From: Eledone cirrhosa
Taxonomy: Eukaryota
Length of the DNA: 64,000 nucleotides
Reading direction: 5' to 3'
NCBI GenBank assembly: GCA_964016885.1
Contig: OZ024742.1
Coordinates: 193,502,001 to 193,566,000, forward strand
Shown here: positions 28,492 to 42,269 of the stretch, one piece after another
Numbering within the stretch: the stretch's first letter is position 1
Layout of the letters: each line of letters opens with the position of its first letter
Program-made: the position numbers and the translations under genes
The notes under the pieces: generated by a model
What the model saw: only the letters and a program-made list of their open reading frames with translations
What the model was told of the DNA's origin: nothing
Database searches by the model: none

Positions 28492-31400
28492 ATGACCTCA
28501 CTCAGAATAGGCAGCATAAATGCGCGTGGCTTGGGGTCGTCATGGAAGCAGGGTCACCTGCTCAACGACCTCAGGTCACTAAACATAGATGTAGTGGCCA
28601 TCAGCGAGACCAGAATCTCCGAAGCACGGGCCTTCGCACCGATCTTCGGCGGCTACGATGTGTACGCATCTCCCAGCCGTCCTGGATCGGGTGGAGGAGT
28701 TGCTGTGCTTTTTCGGAGAGGTTTGGATCTCGCCATACGGGCCATCTTCCTGGACCCAGAGGGTAAGCTGGTGGTGCTGGACGTGACCAGCGGAGACGGG
28801 CAAGCTTTCAGGCTAGTGGCCGTCTATGCCCCGACAGGAGCAGGGCGGCCTGATTTCTTCCGGCGTCTGGAGACCTTTCTTGGAACGTCCCGCTCTTTAG
28901 TGTTAGTGGGCGACTGGAACGGGATCTTAGATGCACGCTGGGACTGTGTGGGATTAGCGGATAGGGGTGGAGGGTGCAAGAGCCTCACCAACCTGCTCAG
29001 GCGTTTTGAACTGTCTGACAGTTACCGATTGGATTTCCCGAATGTGCCAATGTGGACTTGGACAAACCGCATAGGGTCATCCAGATCATATCTAGATAGA
29101 GTATTTTGTAGGGAAATAGATAGGTCTAGCATAGGCTGTCCACAATTCAAGATAGTCAGCTACACGGACCACAAATTCGTGACCTGTGTGCTTGACTTAG
29201 ATAGGCTTCATAGACGAGGACCCGGCTACTGGAAGCTAAACGCGTCCTTACCAGCGCGCAAGGCCTACAGAGACCGGATTAGCGAACTAGTTAAGCGGGC
29301 GTTGACGGGGGCCATCGTCAACAACAAGTGGTGGTTTGCTCTGAAAAGAGCGATTAGAATAGAATCGATTAGGTTTAGTAAGGCTTTAGCAATAGAGAAA
29401 AATAGAGCAGAGGGAGAACTAGTTAGAAAATTAGACGAGGCGCTTAGCAAAGGCATTGCGACCGACGTGCTTGCGGCGAAATTGGCCCTTGACCAATTCT
29501 TCAATGCAAAGCACGAAGGCTGCGTTGTCAGAGCTAGGGTGCGTGCTCTCAGACACGAGGGGACGAAAGCCGTTCAATGGGCCCGAGTGGCGGAGGCGCG
29601 TCGTGGCAACAAAGCCACGATCCGGTCTTTGGTGGACCACGACGGGCGCATGCTACTCGATCCCAGGCAAATGTGTGAAGCTTTTCAGCGACACTTCGCT
29701 CAGCTGTTCGGGGGCAGCGGGGGGCCGGGTAGAGGGATGGACTTTAGTGTCTACCTCGACGGACTGCCGCGGCTCTCGGCCACTGAGGCGAAGTGTTGCG
29801 AAAAGCCGATAACAGCCGCTGAAGTACGGGAGGCAATGACTGGCTGCACAAGGGGTAAATCGCCTGGTTTGGATGGTCTGCCCTATGAACTTTACGTACA
29901 GATGCCAGACTTGTTCGGAGGCCTCTTGGCGGACGTCTACTGCAACTGGCAACAGAACGGGAGAATTCCCAGTTCTGTGAGCCGAGGAGCGGTGGCACTG
30001 CTGAGATAGGATCCGAACAAGGGGGATAACATAGACAATTTCCGGCCCATAACTCTGCTAAACACAGAGTTTAAGATTTTGGCCAAGGTGCTAGCAAAGA
30101 GGTTGGCGCTTGTCGTTGGTGGTCTGGTGGGAGAGGCGCAGACATGCGCCATTCCCGACAGATCCATCCACGACAACCTCCACCTCATGCGATACATCGT
30201 AGAGAGGGTAGCTAGGGAACCTGGCACGGGTGGGTCCTTGATCAATTTAGATCAGTCGAAAGCTTTCGATAGGGTCGACCATCGTTACCTAGCGGCAGTC
30301 CTGAGGGCGGCTGGCTTTGGGCCCGTCTTCAGAGGCTGGATCGCTGCCATGCACAGCGACATCTGCTCTGTGGTGAGAGTGAACGGTCACCTGTCGGAAC
30401 CGTTCAACATCATGCGCTCGGTCCGCCAAGGATGTCCCCTCTCGTCCCTCTTGTACGTATTGACTCTCGAGCCATTACTGCACAAACTGGAGACGTTGAG
30501 GGGAGTCCCGCGCGAACTAGGATGCGGAAGATCCGTGTCAGCATATGCGGACGATGTCACCGTAGTGGTGTCGAACGCCAAACACATCGAGGCGATCGGC
30601 ACTACACTAAGAGAATACGAAGCGGTGACAGGAGCAATGATCAACCAGGAAAAGTCAGTGGGCCTGCAGCTCGGCACCTGGAGAGGCAGGTCCATGCCGT
30701 CCAACAGCGTCGTCGGGCGCTGGACGGACGGACCGGTTAAATTGCTAGGGGTCTGGTTCGGTCCGGACCTCCAGACGGACAAAAACTGGGACGAGGTGAC
30801 GAGCAGGGTTGCTTCTCTCACCCAGAAATGGGCGGAGAGGAAGCTATCCCTGAAAGGTCGAGCGGAGGTGGCTAACGCGTACATCGCGTCTGTCATCTGC
30901 TACCGCCTAACCGTCGTACCTTGTCCTAAGCCTCGCCTGACTGCGCTGGAGCGTTTGCTCTTTCGCTTTTTGTGGAAGGGACGTGCTCCGATGGTCAGGC
31001 GGTCCATCTGTTGTCAACACCCGCTACGTGGAGGGCTGGGCATGCCGTGGCTGATGATGCGCAGGCACGCGCTCAGGCTACGACATCTCCACCTCTTCCT
31101 CGACGGTGATCAGGTGTGGTCGCCGTTTGCTAGACGCGTTTTTCCCCAGCTCGTTTCCTTGACGGAGCTGCAGTCCTGGGTCAAGCGAAGACCGAGAGGG
31201 AGCGCCTGGAGACTGGAATGTCTTCAGGCGCTCACAGCCCTCGACCAATCGGGCAATGTGATCGGTGGAAACTCCACCTCGGCGTTCTATAGAGGATTAG
31301 TGTAGGGGAAGAGCGACGACGTACTTGGGGAAACTCTAGGCGTCGACGAAAATCAACTAGCCAATCTCTTCGGAAGAACTTTCTGGCCAGGGCCTATGGA

Positions 31401-31911
31401 CAACTTCCAGAAATCTCTGGCCTGGCAGTGCTACCGAGGAGCCTTGCCAGTTCGGGATAAACTCTACAGGCATGGAGGTGCCGTCAGCCGGGCATGTCCG
31501 AGATGCGCGCAGGGCGACGAAACCGTCCTGCACGCACTCGTCCAGTGTCCGAAAATTGCTGACTTGTGGGTTTATGTCGAACACCTGCTGTCGCGTTTAG
31601 GACGGATCCAGCTATCATCTGAGTCTATCGTGAGGATTGCCCCGCCCTCCTCCTTTAGCCGGGAAGGGCAGGCAGTTTTTATCTGTCTGGTGGCCATGGC
31701 GAAAGAGATAGTATGGTGGACACGTTTGAAAGGGCTGAAGACGAGCACTTACCTCTTCGGTGATGCTCTGATTGACTTTTTCAAATTTCATTTGAAAAGG
31801 AAAATCAGAGTAGAGAGGGAAGTGCTCTCTTCCCAGCATTTTGTTGAAAGATGGGTGAGAGAAGCAAGAATGGCCCGAGTGAATGGGCCTACTCTGAGTA
31901 TATATCTGTAA
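28492..31911 (+). pseudogene. T4 ORF2: AP endonuclease + reverse transcriptase + Zn finger (1139 codons, two in-frame stops)
   Basis: Three ORF pieces share one frame with TAG at 30007 and 31303; motifs SINARGL, ISETR, GDWN, YLDR, TDH, QGCPLS, YADD, CPRC..H..C. Confidence 0.93.
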
Positions 31912-32213
31912 ATTAAAGGTGGAAAACTGGGAGAGGGCACTTGCCTTGGTGGTCAGGGTCATTGTGGCTTTTTACTGGGCTTTCTCCACAAATGTCCCTC
32001 CGAAGTCTCCCCCCTATTGGGGAATTTTTCATTGTTATTTTCATTGTTATTTTTGTTACATCCTCTGTTTTTGTTTTTTTTTACACGCAGAAATGCCCAT
32101 TTGTACCGTCCTGCATTGTCCTGCACTGTCCTTAATGTCTACTTTATGTAAACCCTTGTGGTTAATAAAGAAATCATTATTATTATTATTATATTATTAT
32201 TATTATTATTATT

Positions 32214-35200
32214 GTTCTCTGAGTCTCAGTCATTGATGTTAGTTAACTGGAAAGTTTGTTGAAATGAATATCAAGCCACTACCTGCAGCCTCAGATATTC
32301 AGGACGTATCGGAGGGTTGTTGCTGTTCCCAGCAAGCATGCCTTTTGAAGCGTTCCAAAAAGCGTGGCGTGCCAAATTTTCTTTAACCATCTCTCGAAAT
32401 TTTTGAGATGGTACCTAGTGCGCCTATGACAATCGGGACCACTTTGACTTCATGGTAGTTCCAAATCCTTTTTGCCTCCCACTTTAAGTCCTGGTATCGG
32501 TTAATGTCTCCCGCTCCTTCTCTTGCTCTCTCGTGTCGAATGGACAGGCCACATCCACAATCAGGCACGATCTTTTTTCCTTGTTCAAAACCACCAGGTC
32601 AGGTCTATTGTGTTCCAGTTTCTTGTCTGTCTGTATCCTAAAATTCCACAGCACCTTCACCTGGTCGTTTTCTATCACCGACTCTGGCTTATGCTCATAC
32701 CACTTGTCAGAATATGGTAAATTGTTTACTTTGAATAAGTGCCAGTGGATCACCCTGCCCATCACATCATGTCTCCAGCCCTTATAGTGAGTCTGGGCTA
32801 GGTGTTTACACTCGGATACAATGTGAGCCACAGTCTCCTCTCTCTCTCCACAGATCCTGCACAGTGGGCTAGCCTCCTCCTTGTAAATATGGTGTTTCAA
32901 CCACTTCGTTTTGAGAGCCTGCTCTTGCGCAGCCATTAACATTCCTTCTGTTGCCGTTTTATGGTCTCCTCTTTTCAACCAGTTCCATGTCTGTGGATCT
33001 CTGAATTCAGTTTTCTCAAAGAATGTACTATGAAGGGATTTTCCGTGAAGGCTGCTCTTTCTCCTTGTTATTTCCTATTTGGACATACCCTGGTCTATTG
33101 TCCTCTCCTTCAGTACAATTCTGAGCATTGGCTCTTTACTATCAGTCACGTATTTGTGTAGGTTGTTTTTCTCCATCTGAACACAGTCCTCTATGCTGAT
33201 AAGTCCTCTTCCACCTTCAGATCTCCTTAAGTAGTATCGACATCACTCCTCTTGTGGAACATGTTGTAGATAGTCAATAGCTTCCTAGTCTTCCTATCCA
33301 TTTCTTTTTGTTCAGCAACATTCCATTTCAGAATTCCCGCACTGTACCTAATAATAGACACAGCTCGGGAATTACTGCACTTATGGCGTTCCTACTGTTC
33401 AGATGTGACTTTAATACGCTCCTTACTCTCTGAATGTATTCAGATCTTATCAATTCCTTCATTTTTTTGTTCTTGATGTCATCAGCCTCCAGAACACCCA
33501 AATACTTGTATCCTTCTTCAGTGACAATTTCCTTTATCATCTCACCTGTTGGTACCTGGATTCCGTTGCTTCTGCTCAAATAACCCCTCTTCATAACAAG
33601 GATTCCACACTTACTAATACCAAATTGCATACATATATCATTGCTGAAAATACGGACAGTGTCATCAAGCACATCCAACTCCTTCTCACTCTTCCCGAAG
33701 AGCTTAAGATCGTCCATGAAGAGGAGGTGATTGATGGTAAGCTCTCCCTTTCCCAACTTGTATCTTGCTCTCACTTTTCGCAGAATAATGGTGAGGGGCA
33801 TCAGGGCAAGGACAAACAACAGAGAGGACAGGCTATCTCCCTGAAAGATACCTCTCTTGATCTTCACGCCTCCCAAGGATTCTGCAGCTGATGTTAACTC
33901 TGTTTTCCAGGACTTCATACTTTTGCCCAACAACTGTCTGATGTTATCTCCCACCTTGAAGATCTCTAGACTTTTGGTGATCCAAGAATGAGGCACCATG
34001 TCAAATGCCTTTTTGTAGTCTATCCATCTCATGGCAAGAACAGTGTGTCTCCTCTTGCAATTCCTCATTGGCATCTTATCAATAAGTAACTGGTCCTTTG
34101 TACCACGGGACTTCTCTCGGCATCCTTTCTGTTCGTCCGGTAACAAGTTGTTTGTGTGGAGGTGATTGTAGATTTCCTCAGACAAAATGCTTGTCAACAG
34201 TTTCCACATTACGGACAGACATGTGATAGGTCTATAGTTGGTAACATCATTACTCTTGATTCGGTCTTTCATTACCAGAACTGTGGTACCTTTTGTCAAC
34301 CACTCTGGTACCTCACTTGACATCAAGCAGTCATTGAACATGGTTGTCAATTTCGGGTGGAGGGATGTTATATTTGTAATCCAATATCCCTGCACACCAT
34401 CTACGCCTGGTGCTTTCCAGTTAGTTAGTTTTTTGGCCTGCCCCTTAAGACTTTCAACTGTGACACTCAAATCAAATTGGTGTGCCTGTTCACTAATCTC
34501 CTTTTGTACTGTCTCAATCCACACTGCCTGGTCATTATGTTTAACATCCTGCTTCCATATTCCTCTCCAGAATGTCTTAGTTTGTTCCACCTCAGGGATC
34601 AAGTCGTTGCCTCTTTCTTTCCCTTCAGCTGTCCAAACAGCATCTTCTGGTTGTTGTCAAACATGCGGTTCTGTCTATACTGACTGACTCTGCTCTCGCA
34701 TCGCCTAATTTTAGCACTCTTTGCTACAATGTGTTGCTTCAGTTCCTCTATGATAATATTTTGCTTTTTCCTCCTAGTTTTGTACTTTATTTCCAGTCTA
34801 TTTTTACTGTCTATGTTTTTTAGCGTCCCATTCAGTAGGGACTCAAACTTTCCAATGTCATTTCTCATTTCCCTGATTTGACCATTCAGTCGTTTCTTCC
34901 ACCAAGGTTCTGATCTTTCTTGTTTCTTATTTCCTCTCACTTTTATGCCAAGTAATTTCCTCACAGCATTTGCTGTTGCTTTGAGGATATTGTTACACTG
35001 GTGAAGGCTCCTCGCCTCAAGTTATGGGATGACTTTGTTTACCTTAGCTGTTGTTTCTTTTAACTTTTTCCTGTCTACAAATCTTAGGTTCATAGGTTTC
35101 CCACTATGATAGTTCATTTCATCTACCACCAAGTTTAAGATATCAACCAAATCTTGTCCTAGCCCGTCAGCATTCATCTCCTCAATGGCCGTATCTTTTT

Positions 35201-35812
35201 TCCAGGTATTATCTATTTCAGCATTCAGATCATTGTCTGCTTCGGATGGTTCCTCCGTTCTCTCAACCTCTTCACCTTCATTTCCAACTGGCTCGTTTGC
35301 CTGGCATACTCCACTCTACATTTCCAACCTAATCTCTCTGCCCAGTTCCTCCAGTTCCAGCTCGCTTATCCACGCATTAGTTCTTATTACCCGAGCCTGC
35401 CCGGCCAATTTTTGTTCATCTAATTTAAATAGACCAATCTCGGTCCAGATGTTATGCATCAGTTTCCTATAGCCTTTCCCTTCAGGTAACATTGCATAAC
35501 AGTTCTATTCAATTCTTTCGTCCAGTTGGTTCTGGTCCCTTTCCTTCTTCTTCTTCCTCCGACACCAGCAGTATTTGGTTGACAGCCAGGTCCATGATGC
35601 TGAGCCAGGGAGCACCTGCTGGGTGAGAGTCTGTTACATGACATTCCAGTCTCCACTTCACCGTTATTCGAACTGTTTAGGTTCGACATTTAAACACTCT
35701 TATCGAGGATTGGTGAATGTATGGTTACATAACCACCGGTGATTTTATCATCCCCGGTGATTTTAGTGTGGCACTATCACGCTGTAGACGAACATAAATA
35801 AACAAACAAACA
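32214..35812 (-). mobile_element. R4/Dong-like family A copy A2, full length, decayed
   Basis: ORF pieces 35459-35689, 34599-34964, 33328-34602 (LFMDD) and 32484-32978 (CCHC and endonuclease). Confidence 0.92.
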
Positions 35813-35833
35813 ATTATTATTATTATTATTATT

Positions 35834-38105
35834 ACAGTTGCATTTATCTTGCTTTATGTTCATACGAGTTATCACCAAGTCACAACCAGTGACCTCAAGA
35901 GACAACAAAGACCGCCATGTTCAAGAAAGAACATACATACTCACACATGCATCTTTAGTGTTTAGACTTGTGATGTACTTATATTGATAGAATCTTCCTT
36001 AGTATATGGGCAGTTCCCATTAGTACTATCTTTAGTATTTCTCCTATACGCGGGTTTCCTGGGATTTGCGATAAGTAATCATTAGACCCTTTAGGTATCA
36101 TTCTCAGAGCGCCTACAACCACTGGTATTGTTTTAGTTCTCAATTTCCACATTTTTCCAATTTCTATCTCCAGGTCCTTATACTTGCTCAATTTTTCAAA
36201 TGTTTTTATAGATACATTGATGTCTATTGGAAAAGACATATCAATTAGCAGGCATACCCTCTTTTTAAAGTCCTTCAATATTATATCAGGTCTATTTGCA
36301 TCTATTTTTCGGTCTGTTTGGATGCTAAAGTTCCACAAGATTGAGATGTGATCTTTTTCAAGTATGGGAGGTGGTTGATGCTCCCAGCAATTCTTTTGAT
36401 GGGGCAGGTCAAAATGCTTACACATTATCCAATGTATGTATTGTGCAGCTCTGTCATGCCTGTTTAGGAATTCGGTTGGAGCTATAGGACTGCACATTGA
36501 AATTATATGGTCAATGGTCTCTGGTTGTTTTTTGCATACACGGCATAATGGGCTGCATCCATTTTTTATTATGTTGGCTTGGTAATTGTTTGTTGGCAGA
36601 CACTGATCTTGTGCTGATATAATCAGTCCTTCAGTCTCCGATTTCAGTCCAGAGGATGCCAACCACTGATGGGTTAAAGTTTTGTCAACATCAGGATTGT
36701 TAGCTCGCTCTGGGTATTTTCCATACAGAGGCTTTTCTTGCCATTTCTTAGCCAGTTTCTGTAGCAGTTCTTTCTTTGCAGTTACTTTTAGCTGCTTTGC
36801 TTTTTCTGTGTTTTCCATTTCAGCAGTAAATGGGACTTCGGAAATTTGTAGTCCATTACTGTATCTTTGTGCATCTTTTGTAATGGAATATGATCTTTTG
36901 ATGCTTTCGTGTTTCAAGACGAGTTTGATCATCCAATCATGTGATTCCCTTAGATATGTAGATAATCCAATTGTTGCAGTTTTCAACGTAATGTCTCACT
37001 GGATTAACCCACGTCCTCCTTCTTTCCTGGGGAGATATATTCTATCTATATCTGCCTTAGGGTGATGCATTCTGTGCATGGTTTAGAATTTTCGAATTTT
37101 TGTATCGAGCCTACGAATCTCTGTGCTTGACCAGTTGATGACATTGTAACTGTAGGTTACTACTGGTAAGGCAAGCGTGTTTATGGCATCGATCCTATTC
37201 CTTGCATTCAATTCCGTTCTTAAGATTGCTCTTACTCTGCGCTTACATTCCTTCCTTATCCTTTCCCTCATTGTCGAGTGCTTGATTCCGTCTCCTTCAC
37301 AAACACCTAGATATTTGTAAGTTTTTTCTTGATCAAGTTCTCTTATCACATCCCCCCGATCAAGATTAATGTCTGAACTCTTCAGCAGCTTTCCTCTGGT
37401 GAACTTTGCTTTGGCGCATGTATCTAGTCCAAACTCCATTTTAATGTCATCACTGAACTGCTCCACAGTGGATAATAGCCTTTGTAATTGTTCATCATAT
37501 TTTGCAAATAGTTTCAGGTCATCCATGTAGAACAGGTGATTAATGGTTTTGTCATAGACTTTATATCCATGTTTTGTTTCATTGAGCATTTTACTTAATG
37601 GTATAAGTGCGATGCAGAATAAAAGCGGTGATAAAGAGTCACCCTGAAAAATTCCACAATTAATATTAACTTCTCCAGCTTCCAGTGATTTTGTTACACT
37701 ATTCAAAAGGAGTGTCGTTTTCCATGTCTTCATACTGAATGACAAAAACCTCCTGACAACGGGGGATATTTTGAAAATCTCTAAACATTTTTCAATCTAA
37801 CTGTGTGGCAAACTATCGAATGCTTTTTTATAATCTATCCAAGCAATCGATAGATTTTTGTGTCTATTATGACAATCTTCCACTATCATTTTGTTAACCA
37901 GAAGCTGATTAACACCCTTTCTGCTCAATGGGAAATAGGTCATTTGTTATCAGGTGGTCATATGTGTATTCAGTTAGGAGTGATGTTAAAATGTTATACA
38001 TTGTGGTCAAGCAAGTTATCGGTCTGTAATTTTTGGGATTGTTTGTCTCATCATTCTTCGGAAGCAGGAATGTAATGCCGTTAACTAGCCATGATGGTAT
38101 CTTTT
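35834..38105 (-). mobile_element. R4/Dong-like family B copy B3, 5'-truncated (~2.3 kb)
   Basis: RT FYMDD in 37083-37745; CRVC..H..C and endonuclease in 35979-36986. Confidence 0.92.
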
Positions 38106-38124
38106 TATTATTATTATTATAATT

Positions 38125-41100
38125 ACAGTTGCATTTATCTTGCTTTATGTTCATACGAATTATCACCAAGTCACAACCAGTGACCTCAAGAAACAACAAG
38201 GTCCGCCATGTTCAAGAAAGAACATACATACTCTCCCATGCATCTTTAGTGTTTAGACTTGTGATGTACTTATATTGACAACATCTTCCTTAGTATATGT
38301 GCAGTTCCCATTAGTACTATCTTTTGTATTTCTCCTATACGCGGGTTTACTGGAATTTGCGATAAGTAATCATTAGACCACTTAGGTATCATTCCCAGAG
38401 CGCCTACAACCACTTATATTGTTTTAGTTCTCAATTTCCACATTTTTCCAATTTCTATCTCCAGGTCCTCATACTTGCTCAATTTTTCAAATGTTTTTAT
38501 AGATACATTCTTGTCTATTGGAACAGACATATCAATTAGCAGGCATACCCTCTTTTTAAAGTCCTTCAATATTATATCAGGTCTATTTGCATCTATTTTT
38601 CGGTCTGTTTGGATGCTAAAATTCCACAAGATTGAGATGTGATCTTTTTCAAGTATGGGAGGTGGTTGATGCTCCCACCAATTCTTTTGATGGGGCATCT
38701 CAAAATGCTTACACATTATCCAATGTATGTATTGTGCAGCTCTGTCATGCCTGTTTGGGTATTCAGTTGGAGCTATAGGACTGCACATTGAAATTATATG
38801 GTCAATGGTCTGTGGTTGTTTTTTGCATTCACGGCATAATGGGCTGCATCCATTTTTTATTATGTTGGCTTGGTAATTTTTTGTTGGCAGACACTGATCT
38901 TGTGCTGATATAATCAGTCCTTCAGTCTCCGATTTCAGTCCAGAGGATGCCAACCACTGATGGGTTAAAGTTTTGTCAACATCATGATTGTTAGCTCGCT
39001 CTGGGTATTTTCCATACAGAGGCTTTTGTTGCCATTTCTTAGCCAGTTTCTGTAGCAGTTCTTTCTTTGCAGTTACTTTTACCTGCTTTGCTTTTTCTGT
39101 TTTTTCCATTTCAGCAGTAAATGGGACTTCGGAAATTTGTAGTCCATCACTGTATCTTTGTCCATCTTTTGTAATGGAATATGATCTTTTGATGCTTTCG
39201 TGTTTCAATACGAGTTTGATCATCCAATCATGTGATTCCCTTACATATGTAGATAATCCAATTGTTGCAGTTTTCAACGTAATGTCTAACTGGATTGACC
39301 CACGTCCTCCTTCTTTCCTAGGGAGATATATTCTATCTATGTCTGCCTTAGGGTGATGCATTCTGTGCATGGTTAAGAATTTTCGAATTTTTGTATCGAG
39401 CCTACGAATCTCTGTGCTTGACCAGTTGATGACATTGTAACTGTAGGTTACTACTGGTATGGCAAGCGTGTTTATGGCATCGATCCTATTCCTTGCATTC
39501 AATTCCGTTCTTAAGATTGCTCTTACTCTGCGGTAACATTCCTTCCATATCCTTTCCCTCATTGTCGAGTGCTTGATTCCGTCTCCTTCACAAACACCTA
39601 GATATTTGTAAGTTTTTTCTTGATCAAGTTCTCTTATCACGTTCCCCCGATCAAGATTAATGTCTGAACTCTTCAGCAGCTATCCTCTCGTTAACGTTGC
39701 TTTGGCGCATTTATCTAGTCCTACTCCATTTTAATGTCATCACTGGTCTGCTCCACACTGGATAATAGCCCTTGCAATTGTTCATAATTTTTTGCAAATA
39801 GTTTCAGGTCATCCATGTAGAACAAGTGATTAATGGTTTTGTCATAGACTTTATATCCATGTTTTGTTTCATTGAGCATTTTACTTAATGGTATAAGCGC
39901 GATGCAGAATAAAAACGGTGATAAAGAGTCACCCTGAAAAATTCCACAATTAATATTAACTTCTCCAGCTTCCAGTGATTTTGTTTCACTATTCAAAAGG
40001 AGTGTCGTTTTCCATGTCTTCATACTGAATGACAAAAACCTCCTGACAACGGGAGATATTTTGAAAATCTCTAAACATTTTTCAATCTAACTGTGTGGCA
40101 AACTATCGAATGCTTTTTTATAATCTATCCAAGCAATCGATAGATTTTTGTGTCTATTATGACAATCTTCCACTATCATTTTGTTAACCAGAGGCTGATC
40201 CTTACAGCCATATGAGCCTCGTTTACACCCTTTCTGCTGAATGGGAAATAGGTCATTTGTTATCAGGTGGTCATATGTGTATTCAGTTAGGACTGATGTT
40301 AAACTTTTATACATTGTGGTCTAGCAAGTTATCGGTCTGTAATTTTTGGGATTGTTTGTCTCATCATTCTTCGGAAGCAGGAATGTAATGCCGTTAACTA
40401 GCCATGATGGTATATTTTCTGGCTCCTTAACTATTTCATTGTAAAGTTGGGCTAACAGCTCATGAGACTCTGTGAAAGCATTTATCCAAAAGTTTTGTAT
40501 TTTGTCTTTTCCTGGGGATTTCTATTTGCTGGTTTTTCTTAGAGCCAAGCGCAACTGTTCAACTGTTATATTTTCCCATATTTGTTCCTCAAGGTGAGCT
40601 GTATCTTTCATTTGTCTGTCTATCCATGGGGCATGTATGTTATGAACTTTTTCTTCGGCCCAGATCTTTTCCCAGAATTCTTGCACTTCCTCCTTGGGTG
40701 GTATTGATTTAGCAGTTATTGTTGACTTACCAATTTTTCTATAGAAGTTTCCTTGGTTGTTTTTGAACGTATTATTGTCCTTATAGAATCTAGATCGTTT
40801 TTCAAAGCGCCTTATACGAGCAGCTTTGGCCGACACTTTTTGCTTGATTATTTCTATCAGCATGTCAATGTCACATGTTGATTTTATACTGTACTTTTTT
40901 TCAATTTTCTAAGTTTAGTTTGTTTAACATGTTCACCTACTTTATAGTTTGTTAACATTTCTATGTCAGATCGGAGAAGGTTTACTTGGCGATTGATGTT
41001 CTCTTGCCAAGTAGATTTCTTGTGGGAATTCCTTTGTTTTTTCATCTTCACTCCACATCAGTGAGTGGTGACTTTAGCCGATGCATAATAGAGATGATTT

Positions 41101-42215
41101 AAATCAGTAATGTTTAGTTTGTTGGTGATGATAATGTTTTTGAGAATTATGTTAGTCTTGTGTATTATCTTTTGGTTCTGTTTGGAGTTCTGGATCTTAG
41201 GGAGGGTGTCTCGTTGCCCCATGTCAGATTCTTTCATTTTCATCCATTCGATCATAATTTCATCCTTCAAGTTGGCAAGTTCATTCTCATTCATTTCTTT
41301 ATCATTTACGATCTCATTATTTTCATTTGGAGTTTCATTCTGAGCATGCACTCCCTCCACTTTTTCGATCCTTTCTTTAATTTGTTCTGTTGCCAGTGAT
41401 TCCGCCCCAACCCTGGGAATCGAAGTGTTACAGTTTACCTCGTTTTCACTGACACATGTTTCATTTTCCCTTCGCTGACTTTGTGCTAATAGCTTGATCT
41501 GATCAATTTCTATATCTGTTAGTAACTTTTTTCTTACAATATTTCTTCGTATATTGGCTAGTTTGTTACTGTCAATATAGCCCCTGTTTTCGGGATGTTT
41601 CTTTTTCCAGTTGATATATGTCTGTTCTGTATTCGATGTATTTGATGGGTAGTACATGGCAGTGTAGAAAGCCTCAAGGACTTCTTTATTATCTTCCCTT
41701 GACCATTTTTCTCATTTTTTCTTTGGATATCTTGGTGGTGAGCATGGAGCGCCAACAGTAGGAGTATTCCGGTTATGGGAGGTCTCCAGCTCCGAAGAGA
41801 TGGGATGGTTTGAACCATTAGCTGATTTTTCGACCCCAGTCTGGTTCCTCACTGAGGGACGCGGCCCTTTTTTATCCGGGTGACGGCCGATCCGGTATGA
41901 GATTTTATCATTTGACATTTACTTTATTTTGTCGCGTTTTATCCTTATCCGCCAAGGGGTAATCATTTCGTGTTACCACTTCTAGAACGAGTGTCAACCA
42001 AGACTAGAGGGGTCGTTCTCCCCTAGAGACACGGCTATTCCCCGCCGGCCGCCATCCCGGTATTTCTTGGTCACGGAGTTTTCTTTTTGTTGTTTTTTTA
42101 AATTGTTATTATCATGAGTGGTTCCTTAATGTGAGCATTGCGTGGCTTAAGAATGAAATTATTAATAATTGTCTCGACTCCAGGCACAAGGCCAGCAATC
42201 ACCCAGTGCATAACA
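38125..42215 (-). mobile_element. R4/Dong-like family B copy B4, full length with several stops
   Basis: ORF pieces from 41918 down to 38414; 5' UTR nearly the same as B2. Confidence 0.92.
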
Positions 42216-42260
<45 letters not shown>

Positions 42261-42269
42261 GTTGTTATT

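Larger units (their letters stand above)
26150..32175 (+). mobile_element. L1/Tx1-like LINE copy T4, full length, best preserved
   Basis: Two-ORF layout; 3' end AATAAAGAAATC then (ATT)n; preceded by (ATT)n. Confidence 0.95.
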
